A DNA stretch of 60,000 nucleotides from Botryllus schlosseri (lineage: Eukaryota). Shown here one piece after another: positions 12,560-25,158 of this stretch. Positions within the stretch are counted from its first letter, which is position 1, and each line of letters starts with the position of its first letter. The stretch is from the NCBI GenBank assembly GCA_051294905.1, contig CM119371.1:24182001-24242000 (forward strand), written 5' to 3'. Under the pieces are notes generated by a model. It searched no databases. It was given only the letters and a program-made list of their open reading frames with translations, and was not told where the DNA came from. A program made the translations under genes and the position numbers.

Positions 12560-13021
12560 CTATCAATTTATTGTCCTCTCTACTCACGTAATTAGATTTA
12601 CCGGTAGAGCTGCGAGTGAAGTGTCTTGAATTGAATTAATTACGAAATTCATTCGTAAATCTGAAAACTTTTCGTACTCCGCGCGACAATATGAAATTCC
12701 AGTAACTATTCATAACATTGCCACTCGTGATTTCGGTGCGTACAATAGGCCATTGTGAATAGTAGAATAGTCAGGATTTCACCGGGAATGAATATGGACA
12801 GTTTAACATAGGTATTTTTCGTCCAGTTAGTTCATTACGGCTATGCCCTGGAATGAGACCTCAGGCTACATAAGTAATCGAAATGAGTCCGTGATTAGTG
12901 AAAAGGTCGCCTACCTCTTTATTAGATGATGTGACGATAAGTGTAGGAGGGGTTAGGGGGGGGCGCAATTTTTTAACCATCGCCAAGGAGGGCGCATGTT
13001 CAAAAAGGTTGAGAACCACTG
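12560..13021 (-). mobile_element. hAT-type MITE, inverted relative of 15200-15665
   Basis: Ends AAAAAGGTTGAGAACCACTG; body is the reverse complement of 15200-15665 (e.g. GGCCTATTGTACGCACCGAAATC). Confidence 0.7.
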
Positions 13022-13296
13022 GTTCAAAGGTTATAGCTGGAAAGGTACGTTCTTTGACTGCGCGATGCGATGTAGCTATCTTCTCACCTCATTAAGATGT
13101 GAGCAGGTCATAATATAGTGTTCGACCGTTTCTAATTCGCCGCAATGCTCAGACAACGGTGAGTCCAAGCAGCCAATGTGATGGTGATGTACACTGAGTC
13201 CACAATGACCGACTCTTTACGTTAAGAGTCCTGGAGTGTCAAACATTCTGCCCGGCGGACAATTTAATCCAGTTCGCGTAGGAATACTGAGTAAAT

Positions 13297-13515
13297 GGGG
13301 GCGAGATGGCATAGTGGTATGGTCGACGGCTGCAACACCAATGTGCTGCGGGTTCGAGTCCGACCGAGGTGGACTCCAGAATTAATTCCTGTTCCTAAGT
13401 GTTGCAGGCTCATTTAGGCTCGTCCTCGTCATCTGATCAGTGCAAGAGGTGTCGTAAAAAAGCTTAGAAGTGGGCCGTGCTACAGGCCAGCAGATACGGA
13501 GATCAAAATAACAAC
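13297..13515 (+). mobile_element. tRNA-derived SINE (Cys-like head)
   Basis: A-box TGGCATAGTGG, CTGCAAC anticodon-like loop, B-box GGTTCGAGTCC, then a body shared with the minus-strand copy at ~49365-49577. Confidence 0.75.
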
Positions 13516-14647
13516 AATCGGCCTGGTGTAAATGTCCATTGTAGTCGACAAACACCATGAACAAGACAAACAAACAAAGAAAATGAGTAAATGGCAAAAA
13601 CGGCTGTATTATATCCAGCACATTACAACATAAATTATCAGATTTTTAATAAATAATATTTTTCAATAGATCTTTTTCTAATACAAAAAAATGCCACATT
13701 ATCACACTCTGACAATAATGTATTGTTTTCAGTCCAGGGCAAGTTTGTTTTGCATCAATTTTAACGAAAGCTGCAGTAATAAGTTGCATTCATAATTTTT
13801 CGGAATTATTGGGGTATGGATACTCGGAAGGTTCCGTTGTATCACCCACCAGTTCAAGATTTCCACGCTGTTCGTTTGTTCAGTTTCTTTGAACGCTATT
13901 CAATCGATCATGCATATGCATTTTTATGTTCTTTAGGATTGTAACCTACATGACCTAATTTCGCTGTCAGTTCCTGTAGAGCTGTTAATGTTGATATTTT
14001 CCCTTTTCACGGGTAGCCTGGCCTGACCACCGAACGTTACATATTTTGATGATAATTTTACGCGAAATCCAAACAGCAAAGCGATAGTCTATAGCACAAG
14101 TCAAATACCACTCTCCAAACCCACAGGTTTGAAAACTCGATCCAAGGCATTGCAGCAAAATAGCCTATATAGGCGACCCAATTATAATATAATTTTCGAC
14201 GATCTCGCCTTGTCGTTCGTCAAATGGGGAATGACCTCCAATTTAAACGACAATGAATCAATCGTGTGATCTATTTACATATAGTTCATGCACTGTTGTA
14301 CTTGGGTATAAGGTTGTTCAATTTGTAGCTTGCATGCCAGTGCATCATAGATATCATTGAGATGCAGCTAGTCAATCATTTAGCTCTTTGTTAAGCAAAT
14401 CAAAAAGTGATCCATACTAGAAATAGTTTAATAGCATGATTTTTAAATCGCTCCTTTACATTTTGCGCAATACTTGATAAAACTTGCACTAAAAACTAGC
14501 ACGAAAAAATAGAAATAGTTGCACCTTAAAATTCTTTCAAGCCACTTAAAACACCATAATACATAACTTTTGAGTATTTAGGAGGGTCCCGGATGCATTA
14601 AAAAAGTTCAAAAGCTGCAAAAAATTGTCCTAGTTATCACTCTAGTC

Positions 14648-15191
14648 CAAGGATGGCCTACCCCCAACCCGCGAGAAGATTTCGAGTGGCCTGCGGGGTA
14701 ATTCTCGAAATTAGTTATATTATCAGAAAATAAATTTGATTAGCCGGACCGCAAAAATTGGGATTTTAATGACAAAAATATCAGTTCCGACGCATTGGCG
14801 TAGTCAGCGGGGGCCTGACACACTTTTCGTAGATCGTCGTATATGACCAAAAAGTACAATATTTTGCTTATTAGCCGACCTCTTTAACATTTATAAGTCC
14901 ATGCGTCGAATGATCCCGTCCCTTTTAAATGAGCCCAGCGGATTACAGAGGCGACCCGCGACATATATCCAAGTAACATTATTATTGACCGAGTTCATTC
15001 ATTAACTTCGAAAATTGTATTCATGTCCTAATTGCTATTGATTTTGATGCGTAATATTGTAAGTTTTGTTTTTACCGTTACCTAATCCGATTCGCTCCTA
15101 TCGGAAGGCTAAAAAAAGGTCATCAACATGTCCCGCGAAATGGTTCGTAAATCTCCTGTGGCCCTTTGGCTGAAATTGTTGGCCACCCTCG
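14648..15191. mobile_element. hAT-Charlie-like MITE
   Basis: Degenerate TIRs CAAGGATGGCCTAC / GTTGGCCACCCTCG, flanks CTCTAGTC / CTCTAGAG; the next MITE starts immediately at 15200. Confidence 0.6.
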
Positions 15192-15199
15192 CTCTAGAG

Positions 15200-15665
15200 C
15201 AGCGGTTCTCAACCTTTTTGGACATGTGTCCCCCTTGGCGACGGTCGAAAAAATTGCGCCCCCTGGCCCCCCGCCATGCACTTATTATCATATCAAAAAG
15301 AGCACATCATCTAATACAAGAGGCAACCTTTTTGCTAATCACGGCCGCCTTTCGATTACTTATATGTAGCCATTCCAGTACATAGCCGTAATGAACTAAC
15401 AGGACGCAAAATACCTATGTTAAACTGTCCATATCCATTCCCGGTGAACTCCCCGTGGTGAAAATTTCACAACGGCCTATTGTACGCACCGAAATCGCGA
15501 GTGGCAATGTCATGAATAGTTCCTGGAACTGCATGTTGTAGCGCCGGGCGCGAGAAAATTTTCAGATTCACGAATGAATTCCGTAATTAATAGTAGCAGT
15601 AACACATATCGACTATCAAACATTTGTCCTCTCTCAGCGCATGTGATCAGACTCACCCGTAGAGT
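15200..15665 (+). mobile_element. hAT-type MITE (family of 12560-13021)
   Basis: CAGCGGTTCTCAACCTTTTTG start directly after CTCTAGAG. Confidence 0.7.
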
Positions 15666-16229
15666 TTATGGAGGTAGAGCTTTCGAAAATTTAGGGCAAG
15701 GTATAAATGATAATGCATCTTTGGGTGGGCCAATTTTTATTAGTAACTTTGTTGCATGCTTCTAGTTCTTGGCCCCACATCAGGATTGTCGATTGTTTCG
15801 GTAGTGGGAACATATTTAAATCGCCCAAATGTACCATAAACAAATTTCTTTCGTGGGGAGCAGACGATTCCGCTTCCGGCTCAGATCGAGACGGGCGCAG
15901 CTACATTAAAATCGAAAAATGCATTACTGAAGTAATGAAGAAAATTCCAAGATTCGGGAGTGAATTCGTAATTTCAAGTTGCATGTCGCCGGCCGTACAA
16001 ATTCCCTTCTACGGCCGCAGGTTGCCCATCCCTGACCTAATAGTATACATATGGTATGTCTTATGCCAAGTTTCAATCTGCATTCCAGTGGTTGAGTCTT
16101 TAACATCTCTGACAAATTTCCCCAAACTTGTTTGAAAAGAGCAAAAACATTGATCAGGATATTAATTTATTTCAAAGTAGGCTGTCCTGAGACTAATCCT
16201 AATGCTGGTAGTGACTACAGAGCACGGCG

Positions 16230-16477
16230 TCGTTCTGTACTGCCATGCTCAATTTGATCAATTTTGGAATTGAATCAAATTGTGTTGATTTAGGGTAGCC
16301 TAATTGAGGATGAAGCCGGGCATCTAAGTCTCTCTTAGGCAGTGCAGTTCGCCAACTATTAACAACAGCTACCCTGCGCACCGAGCTTTGGGATACTGCC
16401 ACTGCTCTAGGGACTATCAATAACAAGTCGGTGACTTCAACATTAAAGTCCGAGTATGTAGAAAAGTACGCACTCAT
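16230..16477 (-). pseudogene. degenerate hAT transposase C-terminal dimerisation domain (ZNF862-like)
   Basis: DLLLIVPRAVAVSQSSVRRVAVVNSWRTALPKRDLDARLHPQLGYPKSTQFD resembles the LLLVLPxSxAxxERxFS..KTxWRxxL...LD....GP...FD pattern; recognised by eye only. Confidence 0.4.
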
Positions 16478-17192
16478 TTTAGGATTTTCAGGAACATGAA
16501 AAAAGACGTCGGTGGTATTGCATATTCTAAAGCTTACGACGACCTCACAAAGCCATTTGGTTTAATTCTATCGATGAAATATGCACCTGCAAAGTATGTT
16601 GGTTGCGTCAAAACATATATTTCAATGTCCCATTTGTTGTATCTTGGTTCAGTATCGCGGTTCAATAGCCCGTTTTATGCCGTGACCCTAAATGACATAT
16701 GCGGCAACCTGAATAGTTATTTAACCATCATGCAACTAATTGAATCTTGTGTGTTCCTCACTACGCATAATCGCTTCGGTGGTCCACTAATTAAAATTTG
16801 AACGATGCAGATAAGATTATCATGATTTTGTGTAAGTACAGCACGAAAAATCCTGATGCGGTAGTGATTTAGTCCAATTGTCAATAGACGAATCCTCGTT
16901 CATTTGTCAATTTTATTGTTTGCGAATCATGGTATTGCAAGAATAGACCCCTCGTGACACGAAATATATTGTAATTTTTTAGGCTTACTGAAGAATCCAG
17001 GTATTGATTTAGAGGTATCGCAGAGGCATGAGCTGACTGACAGGGGATCAAAAGGTCTGTTTACGACTGGAGATCAATATAGTATTTAATCTCTCGGCTA
17101 TCAATGCAATTTGGTAACACCAGAGTGCAACTGATATTTTAACGAAATATGGCAATTTGAACTTTCTTAAAGAATCTAGTGCGCAATTCTAT

Positions 17193-17350
17193 CAGTGTTG
17201 ATCGAGTCATAAGTCATTTTGAGTCAATACACAAGTCAAGTCAAGTCAAGTCAATCGATTTTCGAAGGTGCCCCGAATTTAATCAAGTCACTCGATATTT
17301 GGAGGTGACTCGAGTCAAGTTAAGTCAAGTCACGAGTCAAGTCACATTCA
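17193..17350 (+). repeat. (AAGTC)n-rich terminus of a probable hAT MITE
   Basis: CAGTGTTGATCGAGTC followed by many CAAGT/GAGTC pentamers. Confidence 0.55.
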
Positions 17351-17607
17351 CGTCAATTGCCTTTTCGAAGTATGAGACATGATTACGTCATTGCATTTTG
17401 CTAGCTGTTTTAAATACAGGCCGAGTGGTCATTGATTTTGAACCGATCAACCATAAATAAACCTCAAACATGTATATAAGTATTTACCAAAATACTCAAA
17501 TAACGATGCAATAATTGAATCAGTTTTATGTCAACCACCTATTTTAAATTCAAAATAATCAGTTGGAATAAAATATTGAATAGGTTCCTTGTGGTACAGA
17601 ATTTGAA

Positions 17608-18950
17608 TATTGCAACGAACAACACATTCATATTCGCAATTTATTCACTATAAGCTTTTCAACTGACCCTCGTCGGTAGCGGCCGTCAGTATAATACGGG
17701 GATTGCAATTCGAAATGTAAAGATGAAATAGTAGTGTGACGTAAGAATGGTATAACAACAACAACGAGAGATTTCACAAAACGAGAGCGTTAGGCAAAAA
17801 CGACAGGTAGTACATCCTTCCCTGTTGCAGGAAAGAGAGATTTCGTGGTGAAAACAATCCTAGGTTGTACCTCCATGAAACATTGACTGACAAATGACAT
17901 GATGTGCTTCACAAATCTACCAGAAACTTTATCGACCCATGGTAAATGTAAATAGACTGGACATTTACTGGGTCCAATGAATTTAGTGGCTCTGAAGTCA
18001 ATAAGTTTTTTGTCAATGGTGGACTTTACAATGTCATCAGGGTATCCAATTAGACTGGAAGATTTTCCGTATGAAATCTAATTTAGATTCAAGTTCCGAC
18101 TTATTACAAATCATTAGAGCCCTGTGAACAAGCGTTCGTATCAGATTAATTTTGCGCTTTGTCGGACAAAATGAATTCCAAGCGATATATTGGCCAGTGA
18201 AAGTGGCTTTCCGAAAGACTGACGTTAGAAACCTCGTATTGAACTTTTTTACGAAGACATCAAGGAATGCTCCTTTTCCATAGTAAATTTGAGCGACGGA
18301 TGAAGCTGATTTAAATGTCTCAAAATATATCACATTCCGATTCTTTTTTAAAGACCATGAAAGTGTCATCAACGTACCGATGGTACATAAGTGGTTTATC
18401 AATGTTCCGAAATAAATTTTGCTCGTGATAACCTACGAAAATATTAGCAAGTGTAGGACCAAGAGGTGATCACATAGCTACTCCATCGGTCTATTTGTAT
18501 ATGACGTCATTGAAGCTAAATTCCACGTTACATGTTGTCATGCGTTGGTAAACAGACTTGAGATCTCGTAAGAGCACATAAAAAGTTTAGCAGGATCGAG
18601 CTTAGAACTTCTTATGGTATCAGCAAACGTGAATGAGTCACGAATGCAATGGATACCATAAAGAGAACTTACTGGTTCAAGAAAGCGTGCAATCCAGTTA
18701 TCGAGTTTGTGATATGACGAGCCAACCATTGAGAGTATTTCATTAGTGTGTATTTCATTAGTGTTGCGTCTCTGGCTACATATTAGGCTATAGCTTATTT
18801 GTATTGCACTAATTGCATTTTTGCTTAACGCTCTCGTTTTGTGAAATCTCTCGTTGTTGTTGTTATACCATTCTTACGTCACACCACCTATACCTATAAT
18901 CACACTATAGTGATTAAATTGCGAATATGAATGTGTTGTTCGTTGCAATA
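17608..18950 (-). mobile_element. Penelope-like retroelement fragment with inverted terminal repeats
   Basis: Minus-strand RT motifs MCSYEISSLFTN, DGVAM*SPLGPTLANIFVGYHE, YHRYVDDTFMVF, TGQYIAWNSFCPTKRKINLIRTLVHRALMIC (stops, frameshifts); 17608-17652 and 17735-17800 recur inverted at 18907-18950 and 18819-18884. Confidence 0.85.
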
Positions 18951-18989
18951 AAATATTAATAACTTATCTTAAAGCAAAATTGGTTCTTG

Positions 18990-19670
18990 TACTATTTTCG
19001 GTTGTAAGCAATTTAGTGCACTGTTTCGAAAGGTTCTAGCAATAGTCTGCCATAATATGTTCGTCGCATCTGCACGGATATTTTTCTTTTGTTGTTTTGA
19101 TGTATTGGTGGAACCTTTCCCCTTTCTATTCCCTCTAATCAACAATATCATCGGGAAATATATCAAGATGACTGAACAGGAAGTGAGATTTAAAGCTCAT
19201 GTTTGCTCAAAGGTTTCCATATGCAAATGCCAATTCTCGGACCATCTGTTACAATGGTTGGGTGTTTTGTGATCGTCCAAAAAGTTTTATTACTACATCC
19301 TAGAAGTGATTCTATGCAGTGAGCACGATTCTTAATATGATATTGTAATCCTTAGTCCGTATTCGAATCTGAGATCCATCAAAGACTCCAGATTTAAGCT
19401 TCTCGTTTCATATGGAATCTAGGTGTACCCACTTTGTTAGCTTTACGGAAAAATTATCCATTTACAAGTCGGAAGAGATGAGACGCATATGAGTATTTTA
19501 ATTAAGCTTTCCGGAGACAAACTTGATAGCTTTATACTCCTCTTTCATCTTGGTAGAATGTCCAATTGGACAGCAGAAACTATATTTCCATTGGGCAAAA
19601 GTACAATTTCTAGGCTTGAGGTACTGCTTTCTTAACAAACAAAGTTCTCGCATCGGGTCATGGTAATAAT
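18990..19670 (-). pseudogene. Chapaev3-type (CMC) transposase remnant, C-terminal part with internal deletion
   Basis: Across frames: SSLEIVLLPNGN, PIGHSTKMKEEYKAIK, QSGYT, EKLKSGVFDGSQIR, MSFKSHFLFSHLDIFP, GERFHQYIKT..DEHIMADYC - the characteristic motif series of this family. Confidence 0.75.
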
Positions 19671-20453
19671 GATGGAATAACTGAGAACGACATGAGTGTT
19701 CATCATTGCCTATTATTTATTTATGCGCAGTATAATAGTAGAAAAATCTAAGATTTACTTCCTATCTAGTGAAATATTCAAGGGTAAAGACAGTGATTGT
19801 AAGCTTTTTTAGGGGTATAAATATATTTTTTTCTAGTGCCAATCTGCCAAAACTAATGTGATATTTGTAATCAGCAACCTCGAAAATCCTCTGATGTTCT
19901 GCCAATTTTTTTTTCTTCATTTTGTTGACCAGTGTAATTATTTGCACAAATCGAATTATCCAACAGATAATTTGCCGATGGCGGAATTAATGGCCTTTGA
20001 TCGCTGAGCATCAAGCTTGAGCGGATGAACTTTTCACCGAGCGTGATGCACGTGTTCTGATAAATCTGGGTACATGCTGGTTATTATTTATTGTCGTATT
20101 AATAAAGGCATTTCAACTGATTACGCTACTACCTTTTCATAGAATCGATTTGGACATTATTTTGTTAAATGTGGCATATACAACTGAAAATGTAAGGATG
20201 TATCAATGCACGCAAAAATTGAGAATATGTGTGAACAGAAAATAAATTTACAGGTGGAATGGGAAATAAATCACAGGCCATTCATGGGTTATATAAAAGC
20301 TGCCGAAAATGAAATGCAACCCTATTTTTTTCTTTAATCGTTTGATGTTTGGTATCAGTCAGCCGACAATTTAAGTCGATAGTGAGATGTATGTCAGACA
20401 TTGTATCGAACGATGTCGTGTATCAGCAACTAAAAGGGTGTGTTATCATTCAG

Positions 20454-20621
20454 CTTTCCGAGCTGTTGATATGGGACGGGAGGATGACGCCAGATGTCTA
20501 CTGCAACGTTGTAAATATCATCCATATCACGGGATGTTCGACAGTCTTTTTTGGAGACTGCGATTTGACAAAACAGAAGCTGGAATGTTTTGCCGTGACC
20601 GGCACCAAAAATCAGGTATCT
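20454..20621 (+). CDS. LRR exon A1 (56 aa, two RI/NLR-type repeats)
   Basis: ttcag|CTT..TCT|gtgagc, 168 nt, phase 0/0: LSELLIWDGRMTPDVYCNVVNIIHITGCSTVFFGDCDLTKQKLECFAVTGTKNQVS. Confidence 0.85.
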
Positions 20622-20844
20622 GTGAGCTGGAAAAATTTGCTGTTAACATATAAGGTAGTACTTTTTTCCGAAATTAGGACAAGAAAATTTGACGTAGCAG
20701 GTATAAGGAAAATTCGTTTATACGTAATCGCATCGCTCTGTCTATTGGTAATGCCAACTGCACGAGCTTTCGAATAATCAACTAATTGAATGGACCGTTA
20801 CCTGCACTGTAAAACAGTCATTTTGAATACATCTTCTTTCACAG

Positions 20845-21012
20845 CTATCGCAACTGAGAATAGCGGATGCCAAGATGCCTGTAGATGGATATCGCGAAAT
20901 CGCCAATACACTCAACGCCGTCGGTTGTAAAGGGATTCAGTTCGAAAACTGCGAATTGACGAGAGGGAAACTTTCTGAATTCTACTCTGGGTGTAAAGAC
21001 AACGAGTTATCA
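20845..21012 (+). CDS. LRR exon B1
   Basis: cacag|CTA..TCA|gtgagt, 168 nt: LSQLRIADAKMPVDGYREIANTLNAVGCKGIQFENCELTRGKLSEFYSGCKDNELS. Confidence 0.85.
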
Positions 21013-21243
21013 GTGAGTTCGCCTAATTCACTGGAAACGTAGGCTACAATGTGTAGATTACGAGTGGTGCCAGGGCGATCGCGAGCTAGCGGTAAATCAA
21101 AGGGTTCTCTCCCAGATTTTAGTTAAACTCTAGCTAACCTGGGCAACTTGAATCATCACATGCATTCAAAGCTTTTTCCATGAAGATTAAGAGCTTTAAC
21201 GCGTTACTTTATAAGCCCAAGTTTGGTATACAAGGGAAGGACT

Positions 21244-23120
21244 TAGGGATGGTGTAAACATGAGGTTCAAGTAGTCAGCAAATGATACTTATTCAATCAA
21301 TCATTCTAATTGATATAGTAAAAATGGTCGTTGTCTAATGTAATAAATTAAGCGTGTTTTTCGGGATCCATCTGCTCAGAGTCGGACGCCGAATACATTG
21401 TCCGGTCTAGCCTCGACAGTTGAGGCGTAAGCTTACATTACCTTGCAATTCCTCGTCGAAATTGCTCGCAAAGCGACGGGAGATATTTATTTTATGGGAT
21501 TTTTATATCATTTGTTTGCTCCAGTGATACATTTTCTGACGTTTAAAAAGTCAACATGTACTTCAGTATTATGGCATATTGCGACCTGAGTCGTTGCTAG
21601 GTATATTTGTGTACAGTACATTAATATATAACTTCTTTGGCCTCCGCAAAGCTTTCGACACAGTTAACCACAGAATCTTAAGATACAAGCTAGAACACTA
21701 TTGAATCAGGGGTATTGCAGCAACTCTACTTGAAAGCTACCTGGCAAACCGCAAACAATCTGTTAAACTGGGGACATTAAGATCGACTACCAGAGATATA
21801 ACTTGTGGAGTCCCACAAGGCTCAGTAGTTGGACCGACTTTTTTCCTCATTTATATTAACGACATTGTTAATGCATCTTTATTCCGCACAACCCTATTTG
21901 CGCTGATGATACTCACCTCTTCATAATCTCCAACACTGTCAATGATTTGCATGCATCCGTGAATAGGGAACTCCCAAAAGTGTCGAGATGGCTGCAAGCA
22001 AACAAACTAAGCTTGAATGCAGATAAGACCGAGATGCTCCTTTTCAATAATGCCAATCATAGTTTCACTGTGAACATCATCATAAACAAATCTCCATATG
22101 TGACTCAGCAAAATATCTCGGTGTCACCATTGATGCTAAAATGTCTTGGAAGCAGCATATTGAATGCATAATATCAAAACTAGCTCGATGTGTGGGAATA
22201 ATGACCCGTCTGCAATCTTTGGTTTCCAGATCAATACTACGAACCATATATTTTTCTCTTTTCCACTCTCACCTGCAATATGGAATCGTAGTATGGGGAA
22301 GTGCATGCAAAACATTTCTGTGCAGAATTCGAACCCTGCAAAACCGTGCGATACGGCTGATCTCATCTGTACCTTTACGTACCAAACTATCGCCTTACTA
22401 CCGTAAGCACCGAATTTTGCAAGTTGACGACCTATATCGCTTCGAAGTATCAAAAGTCATTCACAAATATTTTTCCTTTAGTTTGCCTCCTGTGTTTGAT
22501 GACTTTTTCATGCCTGTCAAAAATGTCCACTCCCATTACACGAGATCCTCGTCTAAAGGAAATATCTACTTACCCCCGCCCAATAGCATCTTAACTAAGA
22601 GGTCCATCGACTACTCGGGACCTATCATCTGGAATGCATTACCACCACATATCCGTGAATTGCCCTATAATAGATTCAGAAAAGCCCTACTTGATCACCT
22701 CTTATAGTTACACTAACACTGTTGCCCTACCTCGCCCAGACATTGCTTCATTGATCATTTGCTACCATCGTTTAATTTTTCTTCTATTTTATTTTTTTTA
22801 ACTACTGTAACATTTTTTACAGCCAGACTGTTTAGAGTCAAGTGTACCTGTTTGATGCTGGTGATCAGACTAGATGACCTTCACGGTCTAATCGATCATT
22901 CCTATCTAATACCGAATACTGTGCATGCATATTTTCTGTACCACCACCACTGCCGTGTGTTATGTATTTTGGTTTGATGAAAATAAAGACTCTCTCTCTC
23001 TCTCTCTCTCTCTCTCTAGGGTCGGAATTAGCAATGTGACGTCACGTGACGCCATACGGTTCACGTTCGCTTTCACACAGAACCTTTCAAGAAGGTTTGC
23101 GTTCACACGAACCTGCACCC
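21244..23120 (-). mobile_element. TAGGGATGGTGT-type hAT MITE, inverted copy, interrupted by a LINE
   Basis: 21244-21632 and 23018-23120 are reverse-complement matches to parts of the 24429 and 43463 copies. Confidence 0.65.
21633..23017 (+). mobile_element. 5'-truncated non-LTR retrotransposon (CR1/L2 group, Crack/Daphne-like) with (CT)n tail
   Basis: RT motifs LRKAFDTVNHRIL, GVPQGSVVGPTFFLIYIND, FA/DDT (stop and frameshifts), C-terminal SHLQYGIVVWG..LQNRAIRLI..IWNALP, 3'UTR, AATAAA then (CT)n. Confidence 0.9.
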
Positions 23121-23539
23121 TAGGGCCTAGAACGAATGGTCACTTCTGATGACACCAGTGGTTCATGAATAATGTTTTTCTCGCCAGTCATCAAAATATC
23201 TCTTGAACGCCAATGTTGCTGTTTTGCTCTTGAATTCCAATACAGAAGAATACAGGGAGACTATTTTTATCCCGATTGTTGGCCTAGTGTGGCGTACCTC
23301 TCATTGATTACTCTATTGCTCGGATTGATTGCCCTTGCCGATTCGCATGGTAGCCTACCCGATGTTATGTGGCACTCCGATGGGAGTCGCCATTTGGTCA
23401 CCGTCCGAGGAGCGATCGCTTTTAGTCTCCGTCGGACGAGCATCGTTGTACTTTAGTTATTTAAATAAGAGAGTAATGCTGACGTGTCTACTTTGTCTTA
23501 CCGAGTCGCGGACCTAGCAGGAGGCGCGCCCACGACCAG

Positions 23540-24300
23540 AGCACGCTATACTAGTAAACAGTTCAATATTTTCAAGTCGACACAGATTTGCCAACCACAC
23601 TGCTCATATAAAACAAGCTTGATGTCTTCATATTTTTATTTTAGAGTAACCAAATCTTTAGTAGCAATGGGTCTAACTTGGCTGCCATTAGGGCGTGTAA
23701 ATAAATATACTCTCCATTCCTCAGAATCGTATTCAGGCAAACCCGCTTCTGACAGAATATGACTTATGGCATTGCAATATACCAAATAGGCTCCTGAAAA
23801 ATATTCGATATAAAATCTATGCTGCGCAGGGCGCAGGAGACGTTTTTCCTGTAATCTTGAAGCCAACGATTCTGCAAAGGGATCCAGGTCATTTACTTCA
23901 AGATGATTAAACAACAAAGGGTTCGAATTGATTTCTAAGACTTTAAAGCAGTGCTTTTCAACCTTTTTGATTTCCATTCGCACTTTTTGTAAAATAAATT
24001 TCTTTTGCACTAACCGAAAATTGTTACACAAAGAAAAAGGTGAAGATTATTAACAACATTTTGTTCAGATGTGCATCAAGCTGGCTACTATTTAGCTTAA
24101 GTTATCAAGAGTCTCATTATTGCGATTTCAACAACTTCACTAAAACCAAACAAGTTGTTGAGTTTTGTATAAGAACGTCTACTAGGGCTTAGATGACCAG
24201 GTCTTGGAACCTGTTCTGTACTCCCATCCAAAATACAACGTATTTGAAACGAGTGAAAAATGCTTGCTGGCAGAAACCGTTTTTGAGAGCTGACACGAAG
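23540..24300 (-). pseudogene. Chapaev3-type transposase remnant, N-terminal/central part
   Basis: LFNHLEVNDL..AESLASRLQEKRLL..LVYCNAISHILSEAGLPEYDSEEWR, then YEDIKLVL and WQICVDLKILNCLL in another frame. Confidence 0.7.
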
Positions 24301-25158
24301 GTTCCGGAGGCTCCAGTTTGTCGAAAGGGAGGAAACCTCACATGTTTGTGTTGAGGATTTGGCCTGATATCTTGAAAAATAGGATTCAAAACGATCAAGG
24401 TGAGTGGGCACATTAGAGCTCGCTACTATAGGGATGGTGTGAACCTCAGAGGGTTCAGGCTCGTGTGAACGCGAACTTTTTTGAAAGGTTCTGTGTGAAT
24501 GCGAACGTGAGCCGCATGACGCCTCGTGAAGTCATGTTGCTAAAACCAACCCGACGACATTTCTGTGAAGGGATACCTAGCGAGGACTGGGGCCAGATAA
24601 TATCACAATGCTTAAGTTCACGTTTTAAACGTCGCCTAATGTATCAACTGCGACAATCAAATGATATATTAATTCCATATAATTAATATGGTCCGCCGCT
24701 TTGCCAACAATTTCGACGAGGACTTACAAGGTAATTGGCCAGACCGGAAAATGTATTCGGCGTCTGAGTATTGCTACGTTGATATTGAGCAAAGCGTCAT
24801 ACAGGTTTCTATACTTGCTCTCGATATTAACCGATTAACAAGTTATATATCGGTATAACCAACACCCCGATCGCACGGATTTGGTTTTTATGATACAGTA
24901 AACATATGAAGTCATGATTGACCCCGTGCGCCTGCTAGATTTTACCATCAGACAACGATATCAATTCCATTGATTGGTTGAATAAGCATCAATCGCTGAC
25001 TTCGGGTAGTCACTGTAGTGCATTTCGCTGTTGATGTTGTGTGATTGCGGGTAAGTTCATAGCATAGAGTCACTAAATATTCACAAACGGACAGCTGGAT
25101 ATTTAAAGCAAACTTTTGTAACGAAGCAAGTAAAGTATTTAGGATTGTTAAGGTACAT

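Noticed and set aside
13297..13372. tRNA-Cys gene
   Set aside because: Acceptor and anticodon stems do not pair properly and the head continues into a body shared with a dispersed copy; it is a SINE.
19700..20450. Upstream NACHT or start exon of the LRR gene
   Set aside because: No P-loop motif or open, splice-bounded frame found; the candidate acceptor at ~19966 has stops in all three frames.
18990..24300. One Chapaev3 element split around, or capturing, LRR exons A1-B1
   Set aside because: The two remnants cover the same transposase segment (NGN..PI..ICVDLK region) with different sequences, so they are separate copies.
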